Part shown: piece after piece, positions 17,105 to 30,790 of the stretch
Layout of the letters: each line of letters starts with the position of its first letter
How positions within the stretch are numbered: the first letter of the stretch is position 1
Assembly (NCBI RefSeq): GCF_009914755.1
Contig: NC_060933.1
Source: the human T2T-CHM13v2.0 reference genome, Homo sapiens
Strand: one strand, 5' to 3'
DNA length: 64,000 nt
The notes under the pieces: model-generated
The model's database searches: none
Seen by the model: the letters and a program-made list of their open reading frames with translations, nothing else
Told to the model about the DNA's origin: nothing
Made by a program: the position numbers and the translations under genes

Positions 17105-17172
17105 GGAAATAAACAGCCATGTTGTTCACACAAAGCCTGTTTGGTGGTCTCTTCACAAGGACGTGCATGAAA
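17105..17172 (+). mobile_element. HERV-H LTR7 R/U5 terminal fragment
   Basis: GAAATAAACAGCCATGTTGTTCACACAAAGCCTGTTTGGTGGTCTCTTCACAAGGACGTGCATGAAA matches the LTR7 3' end; no His-tRNA PBS follows. Confidence 0.88.
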
Positions 17173-17293
17173 GCCTCCAGTGGTATACTGAGTTGGTCAG
17201 GTCCCCCATTTTGTCTGCTTCCAACACCCCCAGTTCTCCTCTTTGGTGATTGAATGGTTCAGGGAAACTGGCCTTTATAAGAATTGAGAATCT

Positions 17294-18757
17294 CTCCCTC
17301 TCCCTCTCCCTCTCCCTCTCCCTGTCCCTCTCCCTCTCCCCACGGTCTCCCTCTCCCTCTCTTGCCACGGTCTCCCTCTGATGCCGAGCCGAAGCTGGAC
17401 TGTACTGCTGCCATCTCGGCTCACTGCAACCTCCCTGCCTGATTCTCCTGCCTCAGCCTGCCGAGTGCCTGCGACTGCAGGCGCGCACCACCACGCCTGA
17501 CTGGTTTTCGTATTTTTTTGATGGAGACGGGGTTTCGCTGTGTTGGCCAGGCTGGTCTCCAGCTCCTAACCGCGAGTGATCCGCCAGCCTCGGCCTCCCG
17601 AGGTGCCGGGATGGCAGACGGAGTCGCGTTCACTCAGTGCTCAATGGTGCCCAGTCTGGAGTGCAGTGGCGTGATCTCGGCTCGCTACAACCTCCACCTC
17701 CCAGCCGCCTGCCTTGGCCCCCCAAAGTGCCGAGATTGCAGCCTCTGCCCGGCCGCCACCCCGTCTGGGAAGTGAGGAGCGTCTCTGCCTGGCCGCCCAT
17801 CTTCTGGGATGTGAGGAGCCTCTCTGCCTGGCTGCCCAGTCTGGAAAGTGAGGAGCGTCTCTGCCCGGCCGCCATCCCATCTAGGAAGTGAGGAGCGTCT
17901 CTACCCGGCCGCCCATCGTCTGAGATGTGGGGAGCGCCTCTGCCCTGCAGCCCCGTCTGGGATGTGAGGAGCGTCTCTGCCCGTCTGAGAAGTGAGGAGC
18001 CCCTCCGCCTGGCAGCCACACCGTCTGAGAAGTGAGGAGCCCCTCCGCCTGGCAGCCACCCCGTCTGGGAAGTGAGAAGCCCCTCTGCCCGGCCAGCCGC
18101 CCCGTCCGGGAAGGAGGTGGGGGGGTCAGCCCCCCACCCGGCCAGCCACCCCGTCCGGGAGGTGAGGGGCGCCTCTGCCTGGCCGCCCCTACTGGGAAGT
18201 GAGGAGCCCCTCTGCCCGGCCAGCCGCCCTGTCCAGGAGGTGTACTCAACAGCTCATTGAGAACAGGCCATGATGACAATGGCGGTTTTGTGGAATAGAA
18301 AGGGGGGAAAGGTGGGGAAAAGACTGAGAAATCGGATGGTTGCCGTGTCTGTGTAGAAAGAGGTAGACATGGGAGACTTTTCATTTTGTTCTGTACTAAG
18401 AAAAATTCTTCTGCCTTGGGATTCTGTTGATCTGTGACCTTACCCCCAACCCTGTGCTCTCTGAAACATGTGCTGTGTCCACTCAGGGTTGAATGGATTA
18501 AGGGTGGTGCAAGATGTGCTTTGTTAAACAGATGCTTGAAGGCAGCATGCTCGTTAAGAGTCATCACCACTCCCTAATCTCAAGTACCCAGGGACACAAA
18601 CACTGCGGAAGGCCGCAGGGTCCTCTGCCTAGGAAAACCAGAGACCTTTGTTCACTTATTTATCTGCTGACCTTCCCTCCACTATTGTCCTGTGACCCTG
18701 CCAAATCCCCCTCTGCGAGAAACACCCAAGAATGATCAATAAAAAAAAAAAAAAAAA
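17294..18757 (+). mobile_element. Full-length SVA (SVA_D-like)
   Basis: (CCCTCT)n ~17294-17360, antisense Alu-like domain, GC-rich VNTR ~17760-18240, SINE-R ~18240-18737, AATAAA plus poly(A); 15-bp TSD AAGAATTGAGAATCT at 17279-17293 and 18758-18772. Confidence 0.97.
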
Positions 18758-18804
18758 AAGAATTGAGAATCTAAATTAATGCAATTTAAACCATTGACTG
18801 TGTA

Positions 18805-19219
18805 TGTGAGAGGAGAGAAAGACCCTCTCACATTGTTTTATATTCAGTAAAAACCACAAGGAAGTAAAACCAAGACAGGCAGCCCAGCGCCAGGCCCGAA
18901 ACCAGGCCTGGGCCTGCCTGGCTTAAACCCAGTAGTTAAAAATCAACTTATGATTTAGAAGCTGATGTTATTCATAGATTCCTTACATTGTATAGAAGAA
19001 CACGGTGAAACTCCCTGCGCTGTTCTGTTCCTCCCTGACCACTGGTGCGTGCAGCCCCTGTCATGTACCCCTTGCCTGCTCACATCAATCACGACCCTTT
19101 CAAGTGAAATCTTTAGTGTTGTGAGCCCTTAAAAGGGCAGAAATTGTGCACTCAGGGAGCTCAGATTTTGAGACAGTAGCTGGCCGATGCTCCCAGCTGA
19201 ATAAAGCCCTTCCTTCTAC
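18805..19219 (+). mobile_element. HERV-E-type LTR (LTR2B/LTR2C-like), U3-R only, cut at its poly(A) site
   Basis: TGTGAGAGGAGAGAAAGACCCTCTCA...GAGCCCTTAAAAGGG...CCCAGCTGAATAAAGCCCTTCCTTCTAC then poly(A); U5 absent. Confidence 0.85.
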
Positions 19220-19362
19220 AAAAAAAGAAAAAGAAAAAAGAAAACAGGATATCTGAAATTAAGACTGCAGATGGAGTAGTTTCTGAAAATGACAGGGTCC
19301 AAGGTGTGACCACGGGACCAAGTGGCTGAACTGGAATGAAGTTAAGAAGCAGTAAGGTAGGT
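19128..19362 (+). promoter_or_regulatory. Candidate LTR2B promoter (CTTAAAA TATA-like box) and downstream splice donor AAG|GTAGGT (19356/19357)
   Basis: Motifs are visible in the sequence; activity is inferred only. Confidence 0.35.
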
Positions 19363-20169
19363 GATTACCAGAGACCCAGCGTTAGTGCAAACAGTCTTTC
19401 TTTTCCTCTTCTGCTTAATTTTCCACAATCCCTTTACTAAAGCAAATGACTGCTTTTAAAGGAACATGTGATGACATGTATATGTTACATGGATGCCTGA
19501 CGAACCTCATTTCATTCAGGATGCTAGGGTTAGGTGGGGTATGGAGGAGCCTGGGGAGCAGGGAGATGGCATGGGGCTTTTCTGCGGCAAAGCAAGAGAG
19601 CTTGAAGAAGAAATGGAGAAATCAGGGCTACTCCATCAATGTTGCCTTAAAGCCAGCCCTGGCCAATTTTCACATACTGCACGTTGAATTTGACATGCAT
19701 CTGAAAGAAGTTTATAACCTAAAATGCATCAGATAAATTTGATTTCATAGTGATCAGTTATTTTAATAATACCTTAAAGAATCTCATCTATTTCAGAAAG
19801 GATTACCCAAAAGGTTGATATCTCTTTTTGAGCTATCCACAGCAGCTCAAAACAGGATCTGACTTCAAGCTAGATGAGAAGAGATTCTTTTTGTCACTGA
19901 GTAGCTGCCCAATAGTGGAAAGGTCAGTATGTTCTTGTTAAATTATGAACAACGTAAGTAGCCTCCTGCCTTCCTGTGGCTGCTTAGGGCAGAAAAAACC
20001 ATACCCGAGCCAGAAATGCCCACTCCGCCCGTGTGAATGTATTAAAGCATCAATAACGTCTGTTGTTTTCTGTACTTTTTTACTGTCAGGCTCAGTGTCC
20101 ACCTATAGGGATAAGCAAAGGCAGAAAGATTAACTTAAATTGCACCAATTGCAAGAATATCCACTTTGC

Positions 20170-21130
20170 TTCATTCATTTATCCAACAAATATTTACTGA
20201 AACTGTCCTGTGAGCTGGGCATTCTGCAGGTGCTATTGACAGAGACTAGAGACAGTTCCAGCCCTCAAGAGATTACAGGCTAGGGAAGGTGGAAAACCAG
20301 ATAGTTTCAATATAGAGGAGATCCAATTCCTTAGATTCATTTACTTACTCCATAATGTTTGTAAGCTATGGGCCAAGTATTTTGTTAAGCCCCAGGAATA
20401 AATACAGATATAGTCCCTGCCTTGATGAAGTTATGTACAGCATGTGACATGAGCAAAGAGGAGGTAATCCTGACTGGGCAAGCAGGGAAGCCTCCATGGA
20501 GGATTTGCCCTCTTGTTGAATCTTGAATGCAGAACAGAAGCCTTAAGCACAGAGGCCTGGGAAACATCCCGAGCAAAGCATCAGAATCAAGAAATCTCAA
20601 TGCATTTGAGAAACTGCAGGTAGATTAGAATGGTTGGGACTGATGTGTGGTATGGGGAGCTGCAAGAGATGAGGCTGAGGAGAGACTGTAAAGGAAGGTG
20701 TACATCATGTTCAGAGATCTCAGCTGTACTCTGCAGATGATGGTAGGCTGTTTAAGGACTTTTTTTAGCCGAGGAGTAATATGATTGGACTGCATTTCAT
20801 ATAGATCATTCTGCAGCAATGTGGAAATTGGCTTTGTGTCAGGCAGGACTGGAGACCAGGAGCACAGTTAGAAGTTGAGTGCAATGATCTTGGCAAGAAA
20901 TAATAAGGGTTTGAACTAAGACAATGGTACTGAGGGTATAACAACAAAATAGGATGAATTTGAGAAATATTTAGCAAGACTAAAAAGCGCTTTGAGTTGG
21001 TGGTTAGAGATAGAAGCTGTAAGAATTGGAGGACTCAGAGATGACTTCCAAGTATGTTTGGGGTACCACTAAGCAGATTATGGCATTGTTGACATATAGA
21101 ACGACAGGAAAAGAAATGTGTTTCCATTTA
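20170..21130 (-). mobile_element. L2 fragments
   Basis: TTCATTCATTTATCCAACAAATATTTACTGA (L2 tail, reverse strand) and purine-rich antisense L2 body. Confidence 0.7.
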
Positions 21131-21189
21131 GATAACCACGATGCAATTTTTGCACTAATGGAAAAAGAGCAGCAGAACAGGTTAGGTTA

Positions 21190-21688
<499 letters not shown>

Positions 21689-21689
21689 T

Positions 21690-22870
21690 CAAAATTTAAA
21701 AACTTTTGCTTTGCCAAAGACTCTGTGGAAAGGCAGGCTATCCTTGGAGAAATATTTCCAAGCCACATATTCAACAAAGGCCTTGTGTCTAAAATACATA
21801 AATAACTCTCAAAACTTAATCAACAAACAATCCAATTCGAAAATGGGCAAGATATTTCACCAAAGACATGAGCTGATATTTCACCAAAGAAAATTTATGG
21901 CAAATGAGCACATAGAAAGATGTTCAACATCATGGACCATTAAGGAAATGAAAATTAAGGCTGGGTGTGGTGGCTCACTCCTGTAGTTCCAGCTACTCTG
22001 GAGGCTGGGGTGAGAGGATGGCCTGAGCCCAGGAGTCTAAGGTTGCAGTGAGCTTTGATTATGCTGCTGAACTCCAGCATGGATGACAAAGCTAAACCCT
22101 GTCTCAAAAAAAAAAAAAAAAAAAAAAGAAATGAAAATTAATGCCACAATAAAATATCACCACACATATCAGAATGGCTAAAATAAAAAACAATGGTAAC
22201 ACCAAATACTGGCAAAAATGTAGAGAAGCTCATCACTCATACATTGCTGTGGGAACATAAAAATGTCACAACAACCCTGGGAGAAAGTCTGGCAGTTTCT
22301 TACTCTCACAAAATTGAATCTGGACTTAAAATTCAACCCAGCCATTGAACGCTAGGGCATTTATCCCAGAGAAATTAAAACTTCTGTTCACACAAAACCA
22401 TGCATGTTTATAGTAGCTTTCATCGTAACAGCCAAAAAGTGGGAAAAAATCAGATGTTTTTCAATGAGTAAATAGCTAAACAACCTAAACAAACTGTGGC
22501 ACATCTGTGCTGCGGAGCACTAGTCAGCAATCAAAAGGAACAAATTCTTGATACAGAAAACTGGAATGGGTTTCACAGGAATTAGGATGAATGAAAAAGC
22601 CAGTTTCAAAAGGTTATATACTATATTATTAACATTCTTGAGTGTTACATAAATTATATAAATCTAGATATATATACATACACACACAAATGGGTGCATG
22701 TAAAACTGGTAAAATCTTAAGAAGCTCTGAGGATTGCACCAATGTCAGTTTCCTGGTTTTCATTCTGCACTATAGTTATGCACCATATTACCATAAGAGA
22801 AAACTGGGTGAAGGGTACACAGGATCTCCCTTTATATTTTTTTCAAACTTTCTGTGAATCTATTAAATAT
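21690..22870 (+). mobile_element. L1M ORF2 end/3' UTR, interrupted by an Alu monomer
   Basis: GCAAATGAGCACATAGAAAGATGTTCAACATCA, CACTCATACATTGCTG, GGGCATTTATCCCAGAGAAAT motifs. Confidence 0.8.
21959..22127 (+). mobile_element. Alu right monomer (FRAM-like or truncated AluJ)
   Basis: GAAATGAAAATTAA on both flanks; long poly(A). Confidence 0.85.
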
Positions 22871-23202
22871 AGAGAGATATACATTTACAGATTCGTATGC
22901 AGTATATACGAAAGAAAAAGCAGATAATTGATAAAACCTGTTCATTGAAAGACAGAAGAGTTGATTCTAGTGCACAGATGGAGAGATTAGCAATAAACAG
23001 GAAGGATGATGCCTCTTCTCTAAGAGAGGTTGAGGAAATAGCCACAGATGCAAGGAAGTAGGTGCTGGGGATAGAAGGACAAAATATAAAAATATAAAAA
23101 ATATCTACACCTAATGTTGTCTACATTTCTTATAGCAGAGGAGTCACAACCACCTGTCAAAAGTGATGAGGGTGTGGTGATTACAAAGCTGGAGTGAGCT
23201 GA

Positions 23203-24165
<963 letters not shown>

Positions 24166-26032
24166 AACAGTTGCACATCATATAGAAGCCGTAAATGTCC
24201 AACCACAGTATAGTCCTATTGGATAGTTAGTAAAGATCCAGGCCTAAAATCCAAAGTATATCATTTTCTTCCTAATATTCAAAGTATATCATTTTCTTCC
24301 CTTTCTATGTTTTTCATAATTCAGTTTGTACTGAAACTGCAATTCACTATGAAATCCTTGGTTCTCAAAGCTCCAATAGCCAGCTTTCAAGCAATTCCAT
24401 CTACTATTATTTCTGAATTTCAAATTCTCTTTGTTGCGCTTATATCTCAAACTACTTGGCGGTGAAGTCTTATTGAAGTACAGCCTTAGAAGGTCTAAAA
24501 CTATAACATATACGTGGTTTTGTTTTTTTTTTGGAAACTTTCTAAGCCCAGAGCAGACTCTGGATGGTGCATGAGCCTACTCACTCTCATGGTGTGGCTG
24601 AAGGGCTGAGGCTCTTCTGATAGGTCCTCAGGCCAGTGACAGAACAACTTCCAAACTCAACCACAGACTGATGACCCCACCTCATTTCTTACCACTCTCT
24701 ACATATCTTGCTAAGTTTCAAATACACCAGCTACCTGACATTTCTGAAACCCAGCAAGGACTTTCTGGCCATGGAGCACTCAATAAATTACTTCCATAAG
24801 TGAATGAACAGAACAATGGAGAAATGCAAGAGGTTAACAATGTTCATGATCAGTGCTCCTCCCACCTTTACCACCAGGATATTTCTGCCCGAGTACCAAG
24901 TCAGCCATCAGGATCCTGTCCTTCTCCTTGTACCTGCTCTTTACAAATTCATGTCCCACTCCCTTTAGGCCCTTTCTCCCAATCACATAAGGATAAAGAA
25001 CAAGAAGTGCCCATCTGCAGTGATCCTTAACAGAAATCCAGTTAGCCAGGACAATCACCACTCCTCATTCAAATACTGCAGTAACTCCTCAGATGACATC
25101 CTTGAGGCAAGGGCGTGACTATCCCTCCAGAGACATTTCACCAGGGCCTCCAATACCATCAATACAAACTGCTGTGCTGGCATGTTCTAGATGATTCTCT
25201 TCCAATCAGCAATTCTTTGCAAGAGGTAAGCCCTAAAATCTGTTGACTGAAGAACTTCCTGGGGTTGCAACTTCCTGAGTACATGACTGGTTAACACAGT
25301 TTTGGAAATAGAGGCTTTAAGTAATTCAGAGCCAGCCTGCCCTCTGCTCACAGATTGGCTTTTCAGAGGTGCTCTGAGGAGGGTTTCAGTGTGGTCAGCC
25401 TTTTCCCTGTAACCTGAGAGCTTGGCTAGTGCCCCTCAAGTGTTTCACTGATAGGGAAGAGCAGCCTGGTGGAGACTTTCAAGGAGAGCTTACACATTAA
25501 AAATTGATGTGGCACTTTAAAGTTTAATATTTAAACAAAACACTTAGTGTTTACTGGTACCGCACATTTTGATCAGTACCAAATGTGGGGAAAATTCTGT
25601 TGAACTGGGGGAGCATTATTAAGAACACTATTTAGTATTCATGGCCTATATGCCTAAAAAGTCAATTTAGGGTTTTTAGCCTCCAATTATTCCAGAATAA
25701 TGTTTTTTTTTTTCAGCCTAGAAATGATAAGTTGGAAGGACTGACTGCCATCTCTTCCAATAGCCATGAGTGCTGAAAAGCCCCCAATCTCTGCTTCTAT
25801 AACAGCCACTCTCAACCTTTATTTCTGCAAAACATTTAAGACTGCCACCATTAACTATAAATGATAATACAGAAATCCAATTATTTTAAAAATGCATGCA
25901 CCTTAAACAGGGTTCTTTCTGAGGAAGTGAATAAAAGATGCATGGAAACACAAAAACTGACCAAAATTTCAGAGTGGGGATTGGGTTTCTATATGTGACA
26001 AGTCAGGAAGAGGGAAAACAAACCCAAAATAA

Positions 26033-26403
<371 letters not shown>

Positions 26404-26909
26404 GTATCTATAGGGGTAAAATAGTAAGAGTGAGCTATAAAGTAATGCGGCTGGCTACACAAGCCACACACAGGGACCAGTCTCAATACCTTCTCATGGC
26501 ACCATCTGGGTGCTGACTGTGCAAGGACAGTGTGTTGGGGAGTGGAATAGCGTGTGTTCCCATATGAGTATCAGTTAAGGTTCTTGTGGCAGGTAACAGA
26601 GACTCACTTTACCTAACTTAGACCAAAGGGGATTTGTGGAAAGGAATATCAGGTATGCCACAGAAGTGACAAAGGATGGGGAACTAGTTTGGTAATGGGC
26701 TGGGGCAAGGGCCCTGCAGAGGACCAAGCAGTTGAGGTGGGAACCCCAGCTTGGTTAGTTCATGCCATCACTGTCCCTCGGCAACCAGGAATGATCTAAA
26801 GTGTCTCCCTCGGCCATTTACTGCTCTGACAGTCCCAGAGGAGAGGCCCTGACTGGCCAAGCTTAAGTCACTTATCTGCGCCTGGCTGTACTGGAGGAGG
26901 AGAGAAAAG

Positions 26910-27300
26910 GGCTCATTCATTTGGCACCTGTTTTTTGAATGTGTACTAAATGCTAGGCACTGTCCTAAGGCACTGGGATACAGCTATGGCTAAACAAAGT
27001 CTCTGCCCTCCTGGTTCTTATATTCTAGTGAGGAGTCAGATGTGAAAAACAGTGAAGAGGGCTATGAAGAAAGGTAAGAAAACTCAGGGTCATAGGCTAG
27101 GGCAGGGGAGACTGTTGTAGGTGTGATGGTCAGCAAAGCCATTTTTGAGAAGGCAATATCTGACCAGCAACATGTAGCAAGTGAGGAAGGAGCCCACAGG
27201 ACCATCTGGGGAAATAGAAATCCAAGGTGATTAGTAATGGCAAAAGCCCAGAGGCAGGCATGCGCTTGGCATGTTGGAGAAAGTAAAGCAGCACAAGCAA
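26910..27300 (-). mobile_element. L2 fragment
   Basis: ATGTGTACTAAATGCTAGGCACTGTCCTAAGGCACTGGGATACAGC...GTCTCTGCCCTC. Confidence 0.7.
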
Positions 27301-27564
27301 TTGGGAGAACTACAGCGCTGGAGGAACGCTTTCCTCCCCTGAGGTTTTATTCCACAGACAGGGAGCTCCATTAGCAGAGCACCCCTGGCAGTCAGACTTG
27401 TTTGCCCACTCACAGGGGAGGGGAAATTCTCCAATGAGAAACTGAGATGCTCTTAGGGGAAAGGCCTCTGTCTGGTGGATGAATGTTGAATGTCTACTGG
27501 AATTTCCATCCCCCTCTAGCTTGGTGGGCACCCTTCAGTGTCCTGAAGTGGGTCTGTATTTTAG

Positions 27565-27926
<362 letters not shown>

Positions 27927-28469
27927 TTCAGCACTGTTCTCACTCAAGCAAATATATCTCCTTAGTTGCACTAGCAGATTAATTTAAGCAGAAGAAAGGT
28001 GTGATAAATCCGTATTATTTATCATAGGTATACACTGAACTCACTCTCATCAAAATGTAAAAGCAATTGAGATGTTTTGCCAAGTTCATCAAAGTAAATT
28101 GTGCATAAGGAGAAAAAGGTAAATGAACATTTGCCCATCTTATCATTTTAGGTTCCCTAGGATGGCCTACTGCTGGACTAGAAAAATCAGAGAGGAGACC
28201 TCACTCTTATATTAAAATCTAATGGGCTCAGTCTTAAAGTGTTCCACATGCCTTTCTAGATATCTTTTTCTTATAGACCTCCAATATTCCCTACTGATAA
28301 GATGCAGGAATAGGAGCCATAAGGGATTAACCAAACAGTGACCATTTGGGAGAAATCATATATAGAAAGAGCAGTAATAACGTTTTGGTATGCATATAGC
28401 CTCTTTGCTAAAAATGCCTAATTTGAGTTACAAAGCAGATTAACTGATTAAAAAAAAAAAATCACTGCA

Positions 28470-28770
28470 GGCTTGATGCCATGGCTCATGCCTGTAATCT
28501 CAGCACTTTAAGAGGCCCAGGCAGAAGGATCGCTAGAGGTCAAGAGTTTGGGACCAGCCTGAGCAACATAGAGAAACCCCGTCTCTACAAAAAAAAATTA
28601 TTTAAATTTGCTGGGCATGGTGGCATGTCTGTATCCCCAGCTACTCTGGAGGCTGAGGAGAGAGGATCACCTGAGCCCAGGAGTTTAGGGCTACAGTGGC
28701 CTATGATCATGCCCCTGCACTCCAGCCTGGGTGACCGGGCAAGACCCTATCTCTAAAAAATAATAAGAAT
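28470..28770 (+). mobile_element. Alu (AluJ-like)
   Basis: Divergent dimeric Alu; AAAAAATCACT on both flanks. Confidence 0.9.
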
Positions 28771-30399
28771 AAATTTTTTAAAAAATCACTTTAGGTAAAC
28801 TAGGGAAGATATTAACACTCAGCTGGTTCTTCAAAGCTGGGGATGAACACTGTGCTCAGTATTGCTTTCCGAGCCCCCTGTTCATAATGACAGTTATCAG
28901 GGGGCAGAAATGGCAAGCATTTGATTCAAGGAGTGAGCCTCAGAGTGTCAATGAAGTGTGGGGCAGCTTTGGTAATGGCAGCTGCAAACAAGATGCATGG
29001 ATTTGGAAGGCCACCCAAACTCCTATCACCACTTAAAGTACTTCACTCATTCAGCATGTGGATATATGACTTTAGCTTATGATTTTGCTCCCTACTAAAA
29101 TGCAAATACCCCTGGAATGGTGGATTACATATACTACTTAGGTTTTCCTAGAAGAAGTGGAAGAACTTGCTGGAACTCTGGCTTCCTGAGGGACAATGGT
29201 GCTAATCAGTAATAGAAGGTGGCAGCTTGAGTTGGACTGAAATTTCGGAATTGCCCAGGACTAGCCCCAGCCTATTACCCATGTGGGATCTCATCTTCTC
29301 ATATGCCAAACCCCTTCCAAGTGCCCCAGTGCCTAAGCACCCACTCCCCAAGCACCCACTCCCCCACTTCTGGCCTGAACCTGGTCGTTACTATCCTGTG
29401 AGGCGTTTCCTAGATGCTCAACAACCCCATATACGTTCACATGCATCGTCTCGTTTAATTCTGTGCTTTGTTCCATCATTCCCTCTGAGCAAAATGGCTG
29501 CCACCTCTACACCACCAACCCAAATTCAATCCTTCAAGTTCAAACCTCACCTCTTCCACAAAGTCTTCCCGTGATCCCTCCCGCTAATAGCAATCTCCTC
29601 CTGGTCTGAATTTAAAGCACTTATTTTCTGAAGTAATCACTTGGCAATGATCCATACTAGTCTTATGATTTCTTTCCATTTTCAATGGTCTCATATGTTT
29701 GCTTCTGCAACTTGGCTATAAATGAACAGGAGGGGCACAGCCTATGTCTTTTTGTAGTATTACACAAGATCACCTTCTTCTAATAACCCTTTGAACCACG
29801 GGTATCACCACTTTTCTCCAGCCCATACCTACACAATACCACCCAACTTTGCAAAGTTATAGGTGACAAAGTACATATTGGTCCTAACCCATAAATATCC
29901 ATCCTTTTAAATGTTCAACAACCCTGTGAAGAAGGTTTTATGATTTCTATTTTAGAGGAGACAAAATTGAGACGCAGGATGTTAAGTAATTTGCCCCAAT
30001 CTCATTGACAATTTGACTAATCACATTGCTAAGAAGTGATAGTATTGTCAAGTGACAGTTTCACTTACTGTGCCAGATTATGCTGCTCTAGAATATATTC
30101 CCAGAATCTAATACTGTTTAGATCCTTATAGCACTTCACATAGTAAGTGAAAAGAACTGAGATTGCTTTTAAGAGAGCAAGAGAGTGAGAAAGCTCACAG
30201 GTAAATATTGGTAGAGAAATTAGCAACGAATATATAATTGGGAAGTATAGTTCTCATCCTTTAGTTGGATCTTTACAGAATCAGTATATAGGCTTCAGGA
30301 CGCCTGTGAACCACTTGAAATTAAAATGAAATTGTACCAGGAATGTGTACATCTGTGCATATTGTGGGAGGGAGAGTCCACAGCTTTTATAAGATTATT

Positions 30400-30790
30400 A
30401 GAGTAATTCTCTGCCAGTCCTCAGGGTGATCACACATCTTTTGCTTTTCTCTCTTCCTGGCCCATAAGCAGATGGCACTGTCCCACCTCTAGAAGCAAAT
30501 ACATCCATGTGACTTGGGGCACTGAAATGTGAGAGTGACTTTGGGCACTTTTGGACAGAAACCTTAAGAGACAAAGCTTACCACATTTCATTTCCCTCTG
30601 GTATCATGGTTGGCAATGGTCAAAATGGCAGCAACTCCATTAGCTCAGGCCCCTGAGGCTCTGCAAATCGGCCGGTCCCTCCTGCCAATCCAAAATGGAC
30701 ATGTAGTGTGAGGAAAAAAAAAAAGCTTTGATGTTTTATTCCAAGGAGATCATACGGCTATTTGTTCCTACAGCACACCCTCATTTGTCA
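30400..30790 (+). mobile_element. MLT1-type LTR fragment
   Basis: CCATGTGACTTGGGGCACTGAAATGTGAG...ATGGACATGTAGTGTGAGGAAAAA. Confidence 0.5.

Larger units (their letters stand above)
17105..19238 (+). mobile_element. Composite L1-mobilised insertion: LTR7 end + SVA + LTR2B U3-R + poly(A)
   Basis: Exact 17-bp TSD AGAAAACAGGATATCTG at 17088-17104 and 19239-19255; AATAAA 19200-19205 and A-rich tail 19220-19238; flanks join into continuous old L2-like antisense sequence. Confidence 0.9.

Noticed and set aside
17760-18240. Array of ~35-50-bp GC-rich repeats
   Set aside because: This is the SVA VNTR, not an independent array.
17421-18735. Cluster of long ORFs (up to 229 aa at 17881-18570)
   Set aside because: They lie wholly inside the SVA; the GC-rich VNTR lacks stop codons, a well-known artefact.
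17105-19219. Reading LTR7 and LTR2B as the two LTRs of one provirus
   Set aside because: Different families, no PBS, PPT or internal genes, both partial, and bounded by poly(A) plus a 17-bp TSD rather than a 4-6-bp one.
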